Shown: positions 28,078 through 41,239 of the stretch, one piece after another | Position numbering within the stretch: the first letter of the stretch is position 1 | Layout: the number at the start of each line of letters is the position of its first letter | Assembly (NCBI RefSeq): GCF_009914755.1 | Contig: NC_060932.1 | From: the human T2T-CHM13v2.0 reference genome, Homo sapiens | DNA length: 64,000 nucleotides | Strand: one strand, 5' to 3' | Program-made: the position numbers and the translations under genes | Notes under the pieces: generated by a model | What the model was told of the DNA's origin: nothing | The model's database searches: none | What the model saw: only the letters and a program-made list of their open reading frames with translations

Positions 28078-28289
28078 CTCATCTTTTGAATACATTATGT
28101 GAAGTACAACAATTTTTTCCAAACCAAACCAGACCTGGCTAAATCCTTTACTATAGACCCCAAGATTGAGAGAGAGGGAAAAAGGAATTGATCTGAATCA
28201 AATTTGCTGTTATCAAGAAGTAGGGTAGGGAAGGGACCAATATGAGATGTACGAAAATTGGCTCCCAAAGTACAGAAAAATAAAGATTT

Positions 28290-28480
28290 GACTTGCCTAC
28301 TCCTGGCATACCATTTGTAGGTTCTGGCCAACATCTGCCCTTCTCTGAGCCTGGAGCTTCTCTCTTTCAAATGGGAGATAATTGCTGGGCAGCTAGAGCT
28401 CACAGGCACGCCGCATGATGAGTGAGGTCATGTTAATAAAGCCCTGGGAAAGAAAAGCAATGTGAAACAGCAGGGCTATT
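28290..28480 (+). mobile_element. MIR, degenerate
   Basis: cccttctctgagcctggagcttctctctttcaaatgggagataat. Confidence 0.6.
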
Positions 28481-28817
28481 ACCGTTCCAAGACGATTTTA
28501 TACAAGTGAAGCTTAAGTTCAGTGTGATGATTAACAAGCTATTAGAGCCAAGTTATTGATTCCTCTATCTTTAGAGTAGCTAATGCAGTGTGCACCAATA
28601 GGCCACAGACCCCAAGCTTTCCTTCTTCCTGTGCTCCTGTTCTTTGTAATGATGCTTTCCTTAGGAAAATGAAAATCACTTCGCATACACAGTGCAACAT
28701 CTTTAAGGCAGGTGCCAGCAGAGAGGAAAAACACCTAAGCTGATTTTGTGTGTTTTTATTTTTTTTCTGATAATAAAGATTAATGCAGATACATGAAAAA
28801 AACAAAACATAAAAAGT

Positions 28818-29095
28818 AGGAACAGAAAGTCAAATACTGCATCTTCTCACTTATAAATAGGAGCTAAATAATGTGTACAGACAGGCATAACAGAACGGAA
28901 CAATAGACACTGGAGACTTGGAAGGGTGGGTGAGTGAGCAGGGTTGAGGGATGAAAAATTACCTTAGAGGTACAGTGTACATTATGTGGATGATGATTTC
29001 ACTAAAACCCCAGACCTCATCACTATGCAATATATCCACATAACAGAACTGCACTTATACCCATAAACTTATATTTAAGAAAAGAAATAGAAAAA
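28818..29095 (+). mobile_element. L1 (L1PB/L1MA class) 3' end
   Basis: acagaaagtcaaatactgcatcttctcacttata...cccagacctcatcactatgcaatatatcc; aaagtag on both sides. Confidence 0.9.
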
Positions 29096-29129
29096 AGATA
29101 ATTTTTTTAAAGTAGAAAGAGGGAAAAAA

Positions 29130-29730
29130 GTAAAGCATCATCCCAATTTCTTTCACCCTGAAGCAGCTAGTTTTGCTAATATGATCATATACCTATCCAC
29201 ACATATGTATATGATCATATTAAACATATTAGTTTATAACTTGTTCTTTGTTCCTTTTCTAACATACTCCTCACAAAATAATATCATTGATAGTTTCCCA
29301 TTTCAATTAAAACAGATATCAATATAATTTATCAGCAAAATATTTTATGGATGTGTGTACAGTTTTGGTTAATCCATTTAACCAAAATCCTCTTGATGAA
29401 CACAGAGTATTTACAACATTTTTGCTCTCATAACAATGCTCTGATGAACCTCATGCATTCATCTTTGAGCTTTTGACCAATTTTCCTTCTGTGGTAAATT
29501 CCTGAAAGTAGAATTGTTGGGACAAAAGATTTAGAGATTTTGTATCTTTAAACATATTACCAGTTTGCCAACCCAAAGGGTCATATGAGATTACTTTCTG
29601 CCTACAGTGTAGTAAAGTGCCAGCTTCTCCCAACAACCTTGCCAACGTTGGGTATTGTCAATTTTTTGGCTCTTTGCCAAGCTGATAGGAGAATGGAATG
29701 TCTAATGGTTTTTGAATTACATTCTGACTG
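29130..29730 (-). mobile_element. L1ME fragment
   Basis: ggtaaattcctgaaagtagaattgttgggacaaa...aaccttgccaacgttgggtattgtcaatt. Confidence 0.75.
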
Positions 29731-30382
29731 TGCTGCATCAGACTGTAACTGAATGCAGTTGTGATGTATCAGGGGACCTGGTTTAACTCAGCACACTGTT
29801 TGAATCTGTGTAATAACTAACTATGATATAATCAGGCTTTCTTGCAGTTTTGAAAAAGAAGCCAAACTTTCACATGGTTTAAATTACTCTCTCATTTACA
29901 CTCTCCATGTGTGAGATCACCTGGGAAGCCCTTTGGAGATGCCCCCAGTGACCCAGTACAAGTTGTCAACTGCACTCCCCATGAAAGAGAGATTGTTCTG
30001 GTCCAAACCCTATGCTCTAGAGGAGCATCTTGGAAACAGCACTGCCCTATAATTGATATTGCTCCATTGGGTGGCCTGTGGTATTCAATTCACTGGAAAG
30101 TATCAATCCCTTTGCCTTCAGCAATAATATTTTCACAGTTTTGATGTGTTTTAAAGGTTATTGTCTCCAGGACAGGTAATTGAGGAGGCCTCACACTTCA
30201 TCAGAGGCCATTTCATCTTTATTACACAGCCACACACAAGGCAGCATTTTCTCCTTTCACTGATGGATTATTTCAAGATTTATAAGGTCTGGTCTACATG
30301 AAAGCAAACACATGTTTGGGTACACAGTCAAATAATTCAAAGATATAGGGTCAGCAGGATCCTAATATTAAAGTCAGGACTT

Positions 30383-30605
30383 CCAGCCTGGGCAACAAAG
30401 TGAAATCTTGTCTCTACAAAAAATACAAAAAATTAGCCGGGCATGGTGGCTCTCGCCAGTGGTCCCAGCTACCCGAGAAGCTAAGGTGGGAGGATTGCTT
30501 GAGCCCCAGGAAGTGGAGGCTGCAGTGAGCCATGTTCATGCCAGTGCACTCCAGTCTGGGCCACAAAGCAAGACCTTGTCTCAAAAAATGATAATAATAA
30601 ATAAT
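30383..30605 (+). mobile_element. AluJ, 5'-truncated
   Basis: ccagcctgggcaac...ggaggattgcttgagccc; (AAT)n tail; TSD-like aaagtcaggactt / aaagtcacaactt. Confidence 0.92.
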
Positions 30606-31312
30606 AAAAGTCACAACTTTTTCCTCTTCTACCTGTGCCAGAGACCCACTACCTAACCCACATACACACAGACACACACAAACACACCATACACTTATTC
30701 CTTTCTTAAAATGTGGCTTTCAAATATTTGCTTTGCATGCAGTTTTCTCTGAAGATATGACCAGTTTCAAGATTATCTACTCTAAGTTTTCTGACTGGTT
30801 GTCAGTCAGTCAGTTTGGAACCCTGCCATAACATATTTTCCTCAAATTCCTTGCAGATACTGGAATAATAATGAATGGGAATGTTATTTTGAGCCGATAT
30901 TTGGAAAGTCCTTATTTGGAATTCTACAAGTTTATGTCTCCTGCCCAGTTCCTAAGCCCTCTTTCTAGATAACCATCCAGAAGATAATCATCCAGCAGCT
31001 ATCCGGGTACATTCGGCTGACTTGGTTAGTTGGGTCTAAGCAGTATATCCATGAGTTCTAACTCGGGTTTCTCAAACTCTTTTTCCTTTGGGTTTCTCAG
31101 ACTCTTCTCTCAAACTCAAACTGCCTTCTCCAGTCCATTGCTAAAGCTTGTATGACCTTTGCTTTCCCTCCATTTCTTGACTTGTGGCATCCACTAGTCC
31201 TACATTGTAGGACTAGTGTGAGCAGGTCACTCAGCCTGAAAGCACTCACCCTGGGCCTCTAGAGCTAAGTTGCCTCAACACACTTCACTATGGCTTCTCA
31301 GAGCACACTCAC

Positions 31313-31399
31313 CTTGAATGTTTAGAAAAGGTAATCTTTTTGGGGTTCAATGAGATCAAAAGCACGGATACCAATTTTGGGATCAGGAATCAGGAAAAT
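31313..31399 (-). other. Candidate non-coding exon (87 nt)
   Basis: Minus-strand acceptor cctcatttcgttcttcatttcccag| and donor caag|gtgagt; stops in all frames; no transcript evidence. Confidence 0.25.
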
Positions 31400-31525
31400 C
31401 TGGGAAATGAAGAACGAAATGAGGCCTTACCATTTTGATACAAAGTTCATATTCAAGTGAGTCAGGAGATCTGGTTTAAGTTCCAGATCTGCCTCTTACT
31501 AGTTTTAGAATCTTGGGCAATTCTA

Positions 31526-31849
31526 GGCTGGACGTGGTGGCTCACACCCATAATCCCAGCAATTTGGGAGGCCAAGGCAGGTGAATGCTTGAGCCCAGAA
31601 GTTCAAGACATGCCTTGGCAACATAGGAAGGCCCCATTTCTACAAAAATAAAAATTAGCCAGGCATGGTGGTGCATTCCTGTAATCCCAGCAATATGGAA
31701 GGTGGGAAGATCACTTGAGTCCAAGAGGTCAAGGCTGCGGTGAGCTATGATCTGCCACTGCACTCCAGCCTGGGTGAGAGTGAGATCCTCTGTTAAAACA
31801 AAACAGAACAAAACAAACAACAAACAAACAAACAAAAAAACAAAAAAAA
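31526..31849 (+). mobile_element. AluJ with (AAAC)n tail, nested in a MIR (~31455-31975)
   Basis: gaggtcaaggctgcggtgagctatgatc; MIR halves on both sides. Confidence 0.93.
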
Positions 31850-32395
31850 TTGGAGGGAATTTAGTTCATATATTTGAGTCTTTGTTTCCTCATCTAGAAG
31901 ATGTAGTAAAGATAAATGAGGTCATATATGATTGTCCCTGGCATAATATTTTGGTACTTATTGAAAAGCAGCTATTGTTTTAAGTCCTTTGCATATACAT
32001 TTCTATGATTTACTATATATCAGTAGCATTTCTCCAACCCATCTTGGCTAGGCAAGCACCACTGAATATGAAGGAGGCCAAATAGAATGATACTATCCAA
32101 GCTGCAAAGAAACAAACAAAAGAAAACATCTAAATGCATGCCTCTTTGGAGTGGCATTTGCATCCGTTGCCAATATCCATAGAACAAATGCCTTCAGGCA
32201 GGAGAAGTTGGGATAATGTCAATGTTTTTAATAGCTGTAGTAGAGTCCTATTTAGAAAGCAGTAATTATCTCTCCATATTGATTTTTTACATCCCCTCAA
32301 TAAATCCAGAAGAAATGTGAAGACCATCTGTAAGTGTGATTTTTACCAGGATCAGACTCTAATTTGCAATGGCTATGTGTCTGTTTGATTTAGAT

Positions 32396-32637
32396 CAGGG
32401 GTTAGCAAACTGCAGCCCACAAGCCAAAACTACCTCCCCCATCTATTTTTATAAATAAAGTTTTATTGGAACACACCCATCACACCCATTTCTTTATATC
32501 TGTGGCTGCTTTCATGCTACCATGGTTGTTTTATTTAATTGTAACAGAGATCTAAGAGATCTAGAGCCCATATTGCCCACAGAGCTGAAAACATATGTAC
32601 ATCTAACCCTTTGCAGGAAAAAACTTGTTAAATCATG
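32396..32637. mobile_element. MER58A (hAT-Charlie)
   Basis: caggggttagcaaact...aaataaagttttattggaacac; 8-bp TSD atttagat/attgagat. Confidence 0.9.
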
Positions 32638-34849
32638 ATTGAGATTATAGTAGTATTATTTCTGATTGACTAGGTAGTAATTGGTCCCAGCATGTAAAGT
32701 TTCTAATATTAAAGTCACACGATAGAGGAGCTAGAGGCTTAAGAAAAGTATACATGAATTTATTTATTTGGAATAGGAAGGGAAACATCCCTGGTATCAT
32801 CATGATGGCATATAGAGGCAGGGCTGAGAGCTAGAATACAGAATACGTCCTTTGCTAGAAACAGTTTCTCGGGCTGGGTTAGAGTGGGTAGAAACTATGG
32901 ATCATCCTGCCGCAGGTCCAAGTAAACAGGATTTGGCGCTCTACATAATGGCTATAAAGAAACATAAAGGTGATTTCTCCAAGTGTTATGCTAGGTGAGA
33001 AATATTTAATAAGTAAGAGCAATCAGAATTGGTCCCATATTGAGAAAGTCTGTTTTGGAGCCCAGACTAAATAGACTGTGCAGTGAGAAATGAAAGGTCA
33101 ATTTAGGTAACTTCATTTAGGGCAAAATCATGACTTAGGAAATCATGACTAGATAAATATCCAGTGAAGAGCAGGGAGAGAAGATTCATCAATGGCCGTA
33201 GGTTGCTGTGAACTACAGAACTGAAACATCAATGTATGAATAAAGTGCTGTATTGATGGACAGATGTGTGCATTTTTATGTATATGCCATAAAAAATCTG
33301 AATCAATTTCTATTTGAAATAGAGAAAAGCTAGTTCAGATGTTAGAAACTTTTCTGACGCAAAATATTGTGTAATTCATAAACAATTCCTTGTGTTTTAG
33401 TTTACAGTATGTCCAGAATATAGGACTTGCCTACTGTAATGTATAAAACAAAAGAACTTCAGGTTGATTTATTTGTTAAGTAGTAGACATTCTCCTAGGA
33501 TGTTTATGTTTGTGAAGATGATAAATGGAAGAATACATCCACAGAAAATGTAGACACAGGCCCTTCTCTCCCAGTCTCAACACCACACCCTACACACACA
33601 CAATGCCTTCCTTCTAACCTTGTCTATACTGTCTCTGCAACACACAAAGCATATGCCCAGGATAAGCTTCTCTTTCAACCACCTATCAGGCTTTCAACAT
33701 GTGGTTTGAAAAGATAGTGACATTGCTATGCTCTGACATACACCGTAATGTCAGTACAGCAGAAGCAAGTGGAAGATTCTACTTTTCCGATAAAGATCAG
33801 TTGCTGTTTCCTGTCTTGAAGACGAAAGTTGAGCAAAAGCAAAGGTCATCTGTGTTTATATTAACAATGTAAGAGTTATACTACATTTTCGCAACAACAT
33901 CAGGTCATTATTTATCCACTTGTCCTTTTTTTTTTTATCATTCCTTTGAACTGCCTGCATTTGCTTATCGTGATATTTCTCAGTCTGTAAACAGCCCGAG
34001 TAGCTGTTCTATTTCTCTAAATAGAGTCTTAGGTCATTTTATTATCCAGAATTGTAAGTCATCAGAATGCACCCATCTGTTGTCCTTCCACATCTGGGCT
34101 AACTTTAACTCTTTAAGCCCATAGAAAAAGTAGAAAAGCCATTGTGATATGAGTTTGATACTTTTTTCCTACCATACTGCTTTCCAGCATATGGTTTTCC
34201 CTGAAAAATCACAAGGAAATATTTACAAATATCTTATTTTTCTTTGGACATGGCATTAAACGTGGTAGATCCTCCATCTCCACTTGGCTCTTTCTGATTT
34301 TCTGTTACCCTAATTATCCTTCCTGCGATCACAGCTGCTCAGAGCCTCTTCTTACCAATTTAAAAAACCTCTAAAGATGTGACGGCTGCCTTTCCAGTGG
34401 CCAACAAGCAGATTTCCATAGCAGAGGAGCTGCGACTGGGGCAGAGAGCCAAAGACAGCTTGTGCCAACAGCCTTGTCAATATGCCAATCATCTTGTTAC
34501 AGTTTATTACATGCGTGACTTGATTTTCTTGCATGTGCGTTTTAGAGGTAACAACATATTGGTAAACCTGTTTTCAATCCTTTTGATTACCTTCAATTTG
34601 ATAGCTCCTTCAGTAATGAAGAAAAAAATGGGCTATTGTGTTTGAATTACATTTATCAAATGATTCTAAGATTGTTCTAACGTGTGCGACAGGATAAGCT
34701 CTCTTTTAGTCACCAATTGGAGAAATATGCTCAGTGTCAAGGAAATGGAGAAATGCCTCATTATTTATGTTGACTAATGTATAAATACAATATGAACAGG
34801 GGCGGTTTCAACCCTGCAAACGTTTTCTTCCAAGTTGCTCTGTATTTTA

Positions 34850-35240
34850 GCTAGACTAGACTAGATTGTTCAGTGGTCACAAACTACCCCAAAATCTTAA
34901 CAGTTTACAACAACGGAAGTTTATTTTCTAAATATATAACATCCACTGAGTGTTGGCCAGCGTTGACTGGGGGTTGTTCTCCACATCACGTCCCTAAGGG
35001 ACCAACAGTGTTGGAGGAGTCTCTCTTCTCATATTGATGTTCACCATGGCAAAGGCAATGATCACAGTGAACCACATGCTACATTTTAAGCTTCTACCTG
35101 GACACCACACAAGTCACTTCCACTCCCATTTCGGTGGTAAAGCAAGTCAATTCAAGTCTGACTTCAGCATCTTTGGGAAATATAATTCCACCCCAGGAGG
35201 GGAAGCAGATATGGGTGAAATGTAATAAAATTCACCTCTC
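34850..35240 (-). mobile_element. Old MLT1 (I/J-like) solo LTR
   Basis: acaaactaccccaaaatctt...gtcacttccactcccatttc...aaagcaagtca. Confidence 0.75.
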
Positions 35241-36174
35241 CATAAAGTCCTAGTAGCATTGTTTTATTTGAGTGAATTCTTTTTTTTTTTTTTCTTCCTT
35301 ACAGATCCTCTTTAAAACATCAGCCTGGAAACAGTATCTGTAGAAATCAGTTTTGTTAGTTCTAAAGCAGGGCTTCATTGTTGGGATGTGTTGTCTGCCT
35401 TCGTTAGCAGATTTCAATCATAGCCCTAAATGGAAGACACATTTTAGGGCTGTTGCTGCTATAGAACTCCAGGTCTTTCTGCTTAACGGTTTCACACTTA
35501 CGTGTGAAGGGAGGACACCCTTGGCCAAAAGAACCAAGGCTGCTCAGTTAGCTGCTGGTTGTCCTCCAGCAAATTCCTAGAACTAAATACCTGGTGCTGA
35601 GGTGTCACGACTCAGCAAGTCCTAGAACCTGTGCTTATGACAGCACTCTGATAATTCCCGGTTATTGCATCACTCCCTGATGGAAACCCAGCTTTTATTT
35701 CAGCAAAAGTAATGGATTGTTCCAGACCCCTGACCTCCCTTGAAGATGTCTTTTTGTTGGATCTGGCCCTGTATATTTTCCAGTTGGTTCAAGACCTAGA
35801 GAAATTTCTACAGACTCTCTCATACCAGGTAGGTTTTTGTTTGTTTGTTTGTTTGTTTTGCTTTTGGGATAGGACCTAGTCATATTCAGTCCACATTGGA
35901 AAGCATAAATTAGTGTAACATACATAAGCTTGTTCATTCCACTCCATGTGTTAGGTTTTTGTTAGTGAACACTGACTGCAAAAATACCAAGGTATAGCCT
36001 TATGCAAGCCAACATAGTCACGTTGGACATTAGTGATCTGAGGGTGGAAGTGAAATGAAGTACGGTTTTTTTTTTCCAAGTCAACTAAACGAACAGGCTG
36101 TATGTTTTACAATATGAATTGGGTTGTGATATACAAAGTGTTTATCCAAAGTTACCCTCCTCTTTGTTTTTTAG

Positions 36175-36253
36175 AATGACAAGACCCAAATGGGAGAATT
36201 AGGCCAGAAGCAACAATGCCCTCAGGCTTAGTGAAATTGACCAAAGTTTGAAG
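36175..36253 (+). other. Candidate non-coding exon (79 nt)
   Basis: Acceptor ccctcctctttgttttttag| and consensus donor aag|gtaagt; stops in all frames; no transcript evidence. Confidence 0.35.
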
Positions 36254-37789
36254 GTAAGTGTTTTCAGACCCTGGTTTCCTAGGACCAAGTCTTGGCCTCA
36301 TCAAACATAATCACAGTCTCCTTTTACCACTTTGGCCCAAACACTATGAAGCCTTTTGCCCACTGGCTCAGCTTCTCTTGCCATATACTGATTATTAATG
36401 CCAGTAAAATACCTAGGCACCTTGGCAGTAACTTACGCAAATATGTATATTTCTAATTACAGGGAAATTGTTAGAACATGACTTGGATTAGAGATACACA
36501 GCTAATAATTCAAGAAGAAATAATGCTTTGTTTTCAGTAGAGGAAAATAAAAGCTTCATTTGAATAATTTTTCCTCCTTTCTCTCCCTTTTTGTTTTGAT
36601 ACTTACGCATGGGCAATACCGTAAACTGGCAATAAAAGAAGTTATCGCAAACAGTGTGGCCATTTCTCCTCAGACACTGGACATCCTACATCTGTTATAT
36701 GGTTTACCATCCATCCACTTCCTTGCTATAGCTCCAGGTCCACAATTCTTTGTCATGTCATTGCTCTTGACCTATACCATGACTGATAACCATGTACATT
36801 TTTAAGAAAAAAATGTAAATTAATTAAAATAATTTAAAAACACATATCCATATGGTGTTTGTGCATATATTTTGCTTTTTCTAATCTTATCTTTGTAGTT
36901 CAAAAAGGTTAAACCTGAATGTGATATGTGTGTGTATGGAAACTGAATGCACTATAGGTTCAAATAGGCAAGGAAGTTGCTTAGTAACATCCTGTTCTTG
37001 ACTGTGCTATCATAATTTGCATTTTCCAATAAAGTGTGTTTCCAGCCTTAGGACAGTGCTACTATTATTGCTGGTGGATTTTGTAATGTAAGCTTGACTC
37101 ATTCAGTGTCAAGATCACCTAAGGCCAAATTCCCATTCCACACGAATTCTCTTTCAAGGGATGTCCTACCCTTCAAGATGCCCTTAAGAATTCTGGATTC
37201 CTTAAATATAGAACTATTTATGCTTACTCATAAAACAGGGAATGTTATAATATTTCTCTGCTTCACTGTGTCCAAGGAAGTAGAGAAATCTGGTACCATA
37301 TTTATGAGCAGCAATAAACCATGTGTTTTGCTTTTTCCTAAAACAAGCCTGGCAAACTGTTTAAGAACACATGTGCAGAGCTTGGGCACAGGGTGAGAGT
37401 TTGGTGGCACGGAGTGAGGCTAGAGGTGGGCGTGTGGAGAGTCTGATATCCTGATATCAAAGCAATTCCATTCAGACTTAGGCCTGAGCTGCTCCCAGTC
37501 ATCCAAGTCATTTTTACTAATATCTGACAACTTGCAAATATTGTGTTACGTTCAACACTGAAAATGAGGACTGTGCATTTCCTTTTGTCTAAATGATGAT
37601 TAAATGGTGAAGCAGCTACAGAAGTATTGACTAACGACAGCATCCATTTACTAGAAAATATGTCATTTGCTACTGCAAACATTTATGGTCTGATTATACC
37701 TCATGTTACACTGCAATGGTTTGGGTTTTTTTTTTTTTTTGTATTTTTGGTACATCAGAAACACTTTTCCCAATGTTTGTTAGTTTAAG

Positions 37790-37895
37790 CATTGGTCAAC
37801 ATTTATTTATTAAGCATTGACTTTATAAAATAGGTACCAGGAATATGAAAATGAGTAAGATATGTTCCCTGACATCCAGTAGCTCATAGTCTAGA
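37790..37895 (-). mobile_element. L2 3' fragment
   Basis: atttattaagcatt...atgagtaagatatgttccctgacatccagtagctcatagtctag. Confidence 0.7.
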
Positions 37896-37904
37896 GATGT
37901 CACC

Positions 37905-38140
37905 ATAATAATAACTAGCATTTATTGGACACCACCTGTGTCTCCTGAAGCCTGTTACCTCATTTAATTTTGACAAAACCTTATGAAGTGAATATTATCA
38001 CACAAACACACACATTTAGAGAATGAATGTGAGGCTCAGAGAAGTTAAACACATTGCCCATGATCACAGAACCAGTTAGTGGCAGAGTTGGGATTTAAGC
38101 CCAGATCTTTCTGATTCTAGAGCGTATGTTCTATCTATGA
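37905..38140 (-). mobile_element. MIR
   Basis: gaggctcagagaagttaa...ttagtggcagagttgggatttaagcccag. Confidence 0.88.
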
Positions 38141-39199
38141 AGCTCTTACCGATTTTATTTTATATCAAGTGAACTGTGTAATACATAAAGTCACTCAGGA
38201 AACAGTACTGGATGGGGATTATGATACTAGGCAGTGCTTACTCTAGCAAATAGGTATCAGAGCCCTGGCATAGGTCCTCACTTTTGCTAGGATTCTGTCC
38301 TACTCCACCCTTGCTGATAAACGGGAAGCCACACGTCCTGGTCCAGCACTTATTCTCAGGCCTCCCAGGGACACTCACTCTCCATCACGTAGTCTCTTCC
38401 CTAAGTAGTCTGTGTTTCCCTCTGCCTTGCGGGTAACTTCATCTGTGTGTACCAAACCTGTCACCCCTCTTAGTAGTCCTCAAAAGACAAGACTTCAAGG
38501 GAGAGTTAATATTCTCAGAGTTCATCAGAAATACCTGTTTCCAAGGTCAAGACCCACCTTAGAAAGGAGGTCTTCATATACCCTGTCTGTGCTTATTTTG
38601 TGTTTTCACAACACAAAATATTTTAACGATGATTTAATTTAGTTGTGTATTGATAGTCTCTGTCAATCTCTCAGGGTTTTTTTTTTCTGAGGGAAAAAAT
38701 TACATTTTGTAATTTTTTAATTTAGAAACAACAGCAATAACAACTTGAGTCGGTGACTTCTGAACCATTTTTGTTCTGATTATCACTGTAAACCTAAATG
38801 TGTGAACACTATCAGTAGGGATAATATTTACCCTATGGGACTGTTAAGCAATTTAAGATGAGATAAGAAATGTCACAGGGAAAAGGTGTTACTCCACACA
38901 TGGTAGTCGTTATTATTTATTGGGTTGAAGTGTTGGCCTCCCAAAGGGCAATGGTGATTTAATAGAATATAAGCAACTAAATCCCAGGTTAAAGCAGTGA
39001 ATTCCTAATTGTAGAATTTTCCTGTTAAACTATCAGGTGGGAAAGGCCTGTCAAGATGTATATGGAAGGAGTGAGATCCTTGAAATAATTAATACACCTG
39101 GTATAACTCCCATCATTAGGTAAACCTGGGCTCATCCCTACTAGACAGTAATAGAAAATTAGAGGATAAAAGGATAGTCACAAAAATAAATAGAATATA

Positions 39200-39435
39200 T
39201 TGAAAGCTAACTATGTACTAAACAGTGTTCTAGGCATATTTTACATTTATTAATTCATTTAAACCTCTCAACTCCCTATAAAGTAGACATTACTAATTAT
39301 CTCCCTTTTACAAAAAAAGAAATCTGAACCTAAGAGAGTTTAAAAAATTTGCCCAAGACCACATAATCAGAAGGAAGATTTTGAATCTGATTTTTCCTCA
39401 CAGCAAAGTCCATGCATTTTCCACTTTATCACACC
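39200..39435 (-). mobile_element. MIR
   Basis: ctatgtactaaacagtgttctagg...ttgcccaagaccacata. Confidence 0.8.
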
Positions 39436-39436
39436 G

Positions 39437-39724
39437 GTTTTTGTTTTTGTTTTTGTATTATTATTTTTGAGACAGAGTCTCATTCTGTCACCCAGGCTGG
39501 AGTTCAGTGGCTCTCAGCTCACTGCAACCTCCGCCTCCCAGGTTCAAGCGATTCTTGTTTCTCAGGCTCCAGAGTAGCTGGGACTACAGGTGTGCACTTG
39601 TATTTTTTAGTAGAGACAGGGTTTCCACCATGTTGCCCAGGCTGGTCTCGAACTCCTTTTACTCAAGCAATCCTCCTGCCTCCCAAAGGGCTGGGATTAC
39701 AGGTGTGAGCCACCGCACCCAGCC
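39437..39724 (-). mobile_element. Alu with several small deletions
   Basis: Antisense dimer; atcacac on both sides. Confidence 0.93.
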
Positions 39725-40860
39725 AATCACACTGTATTTAATATCACAACGAAGTGCAGTCTGCCCTTCTCAGGATGATCTTAGATCTATTTTTCAGCAA
39801 GTCGCATTCGGGTGGAGCAAAAGCTTTTAAATGGTGGTCAATTACACAATGATTAAATTTAGTTTACCATTATAGGTCAAAGGGAAGTGGGAAGAGTTTG
39901 ATGACTGTGTATTTGTCATGTTTCTAGTTATAGTGTACAACTCTGCCTGTTTATCTGAGTGAGTGCCAAGAGGTGAGGTCAGGGCAGGGGCTCTTGCACA
40001 TGGCACATACTATCTGCCCCACAGCTATTTTGACTTGGACAGTCATTGTGCTGGGTGGTAAAAATTCCAGTGGGCTGGGTAGGACATACTGGGGCCCTGT
40101 TTCCTCTCATCTGTGTTTGAGAACTAGGCAGCATTGCATCAAATGGAAGGAACAAGTGATGAGACATCAGGAAAATATCAGAATGAAAGAGAAATGCAAG
40201 GCTCTAAAGGAAGTTCCAACTCACTTCGACACCCTCCAGTTAGCAAAGAGGTGACAGAATCCCAAAAGGGCAGGGGAGAGATTATGGATAGCAGGCTCCT
40301 GGAGGAAAAACTAGGTATGTCCAGTAGCAGATCTGTGGAAACTATTAGAAACCGAGCTAATTGTGGACTTCTTAGCATGCCTCAGGAAATGGGAAGGAAC
40401 TTTTCCCTTTTGGGCTTGTATTTTTTCCAATTTTCCTTGTTCGGGAAATAATTAATTCTTTAAGCAATGTAACCTCCTGCTGTGATTTCTCAATTCCACA
40501 AAAGAGAATAATTATAGATTAATAATGGACCAAAATAGAAAAAGCTAAATGTGTGTAGCAGATAAGTAGGAAATGTTCTGTCTTGTAAAGGGTATTGTTT
40601 CGGTGCCCGGCAACACAGAAACAATTCTCATCTATGCAGCTCTAAATGGATGTTAGAATTCACCCCTCTTTCCTACTGGTATAAAATTTTCAGTCTCAGT
40701 AGGACTAACGCTTTGACACATCCTAAACCTCACCAGGAGTAGGAAATATTTCTCATAGCATAAATATTTTTTCTTCCTTGAACTGAAAGGTTTGTGGCCT
40801 TCCCCATGCATGATAACTGGGCAGTTTTCAGAATATACCTCACAGTAAAACTTAGACTTC

Positions 40861-41165
40861 ACACCTGTAATCCCAGTACTTTGGGAGGCCTTGGTGGGCG
40901 GATCCTGAGGTCAGGAGATCAAGACTATCCTGGCCAACATGGTGAAACCCCATCTCTACTAAAAATACAAAAATTAGCTGGGCGTGGTGGCACGTGCCTG
41001 TAATCCCAGCTACTTGGGAGGCTAAGGCAGGAGAATCACTTGAACCAGGGAGTCAGAGTTTGCAGTGAGCCAAGATCACACCACTGCACCCCAGCCTGGC
41101 GACAGAATGAGACTCCATCTCAAAATAAAATAAAATAAAATAAAATAAAATAAAATAAAATAAAA
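40861..41165 (+). mobile_element. AluS (Sc-like), slightly 5'-truncated, (AAAAT)n tail
   Basis: TSD aaaacttagacttca on both sides. Confidence 0.97.
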
Positions 41166-41239
41166 AACTTAGACTTCAAGTTTTAACTATTGAAAAACTT
41201 CCATGAATTGGGTACAGTACTGAGCTAAACGTTGTATAT

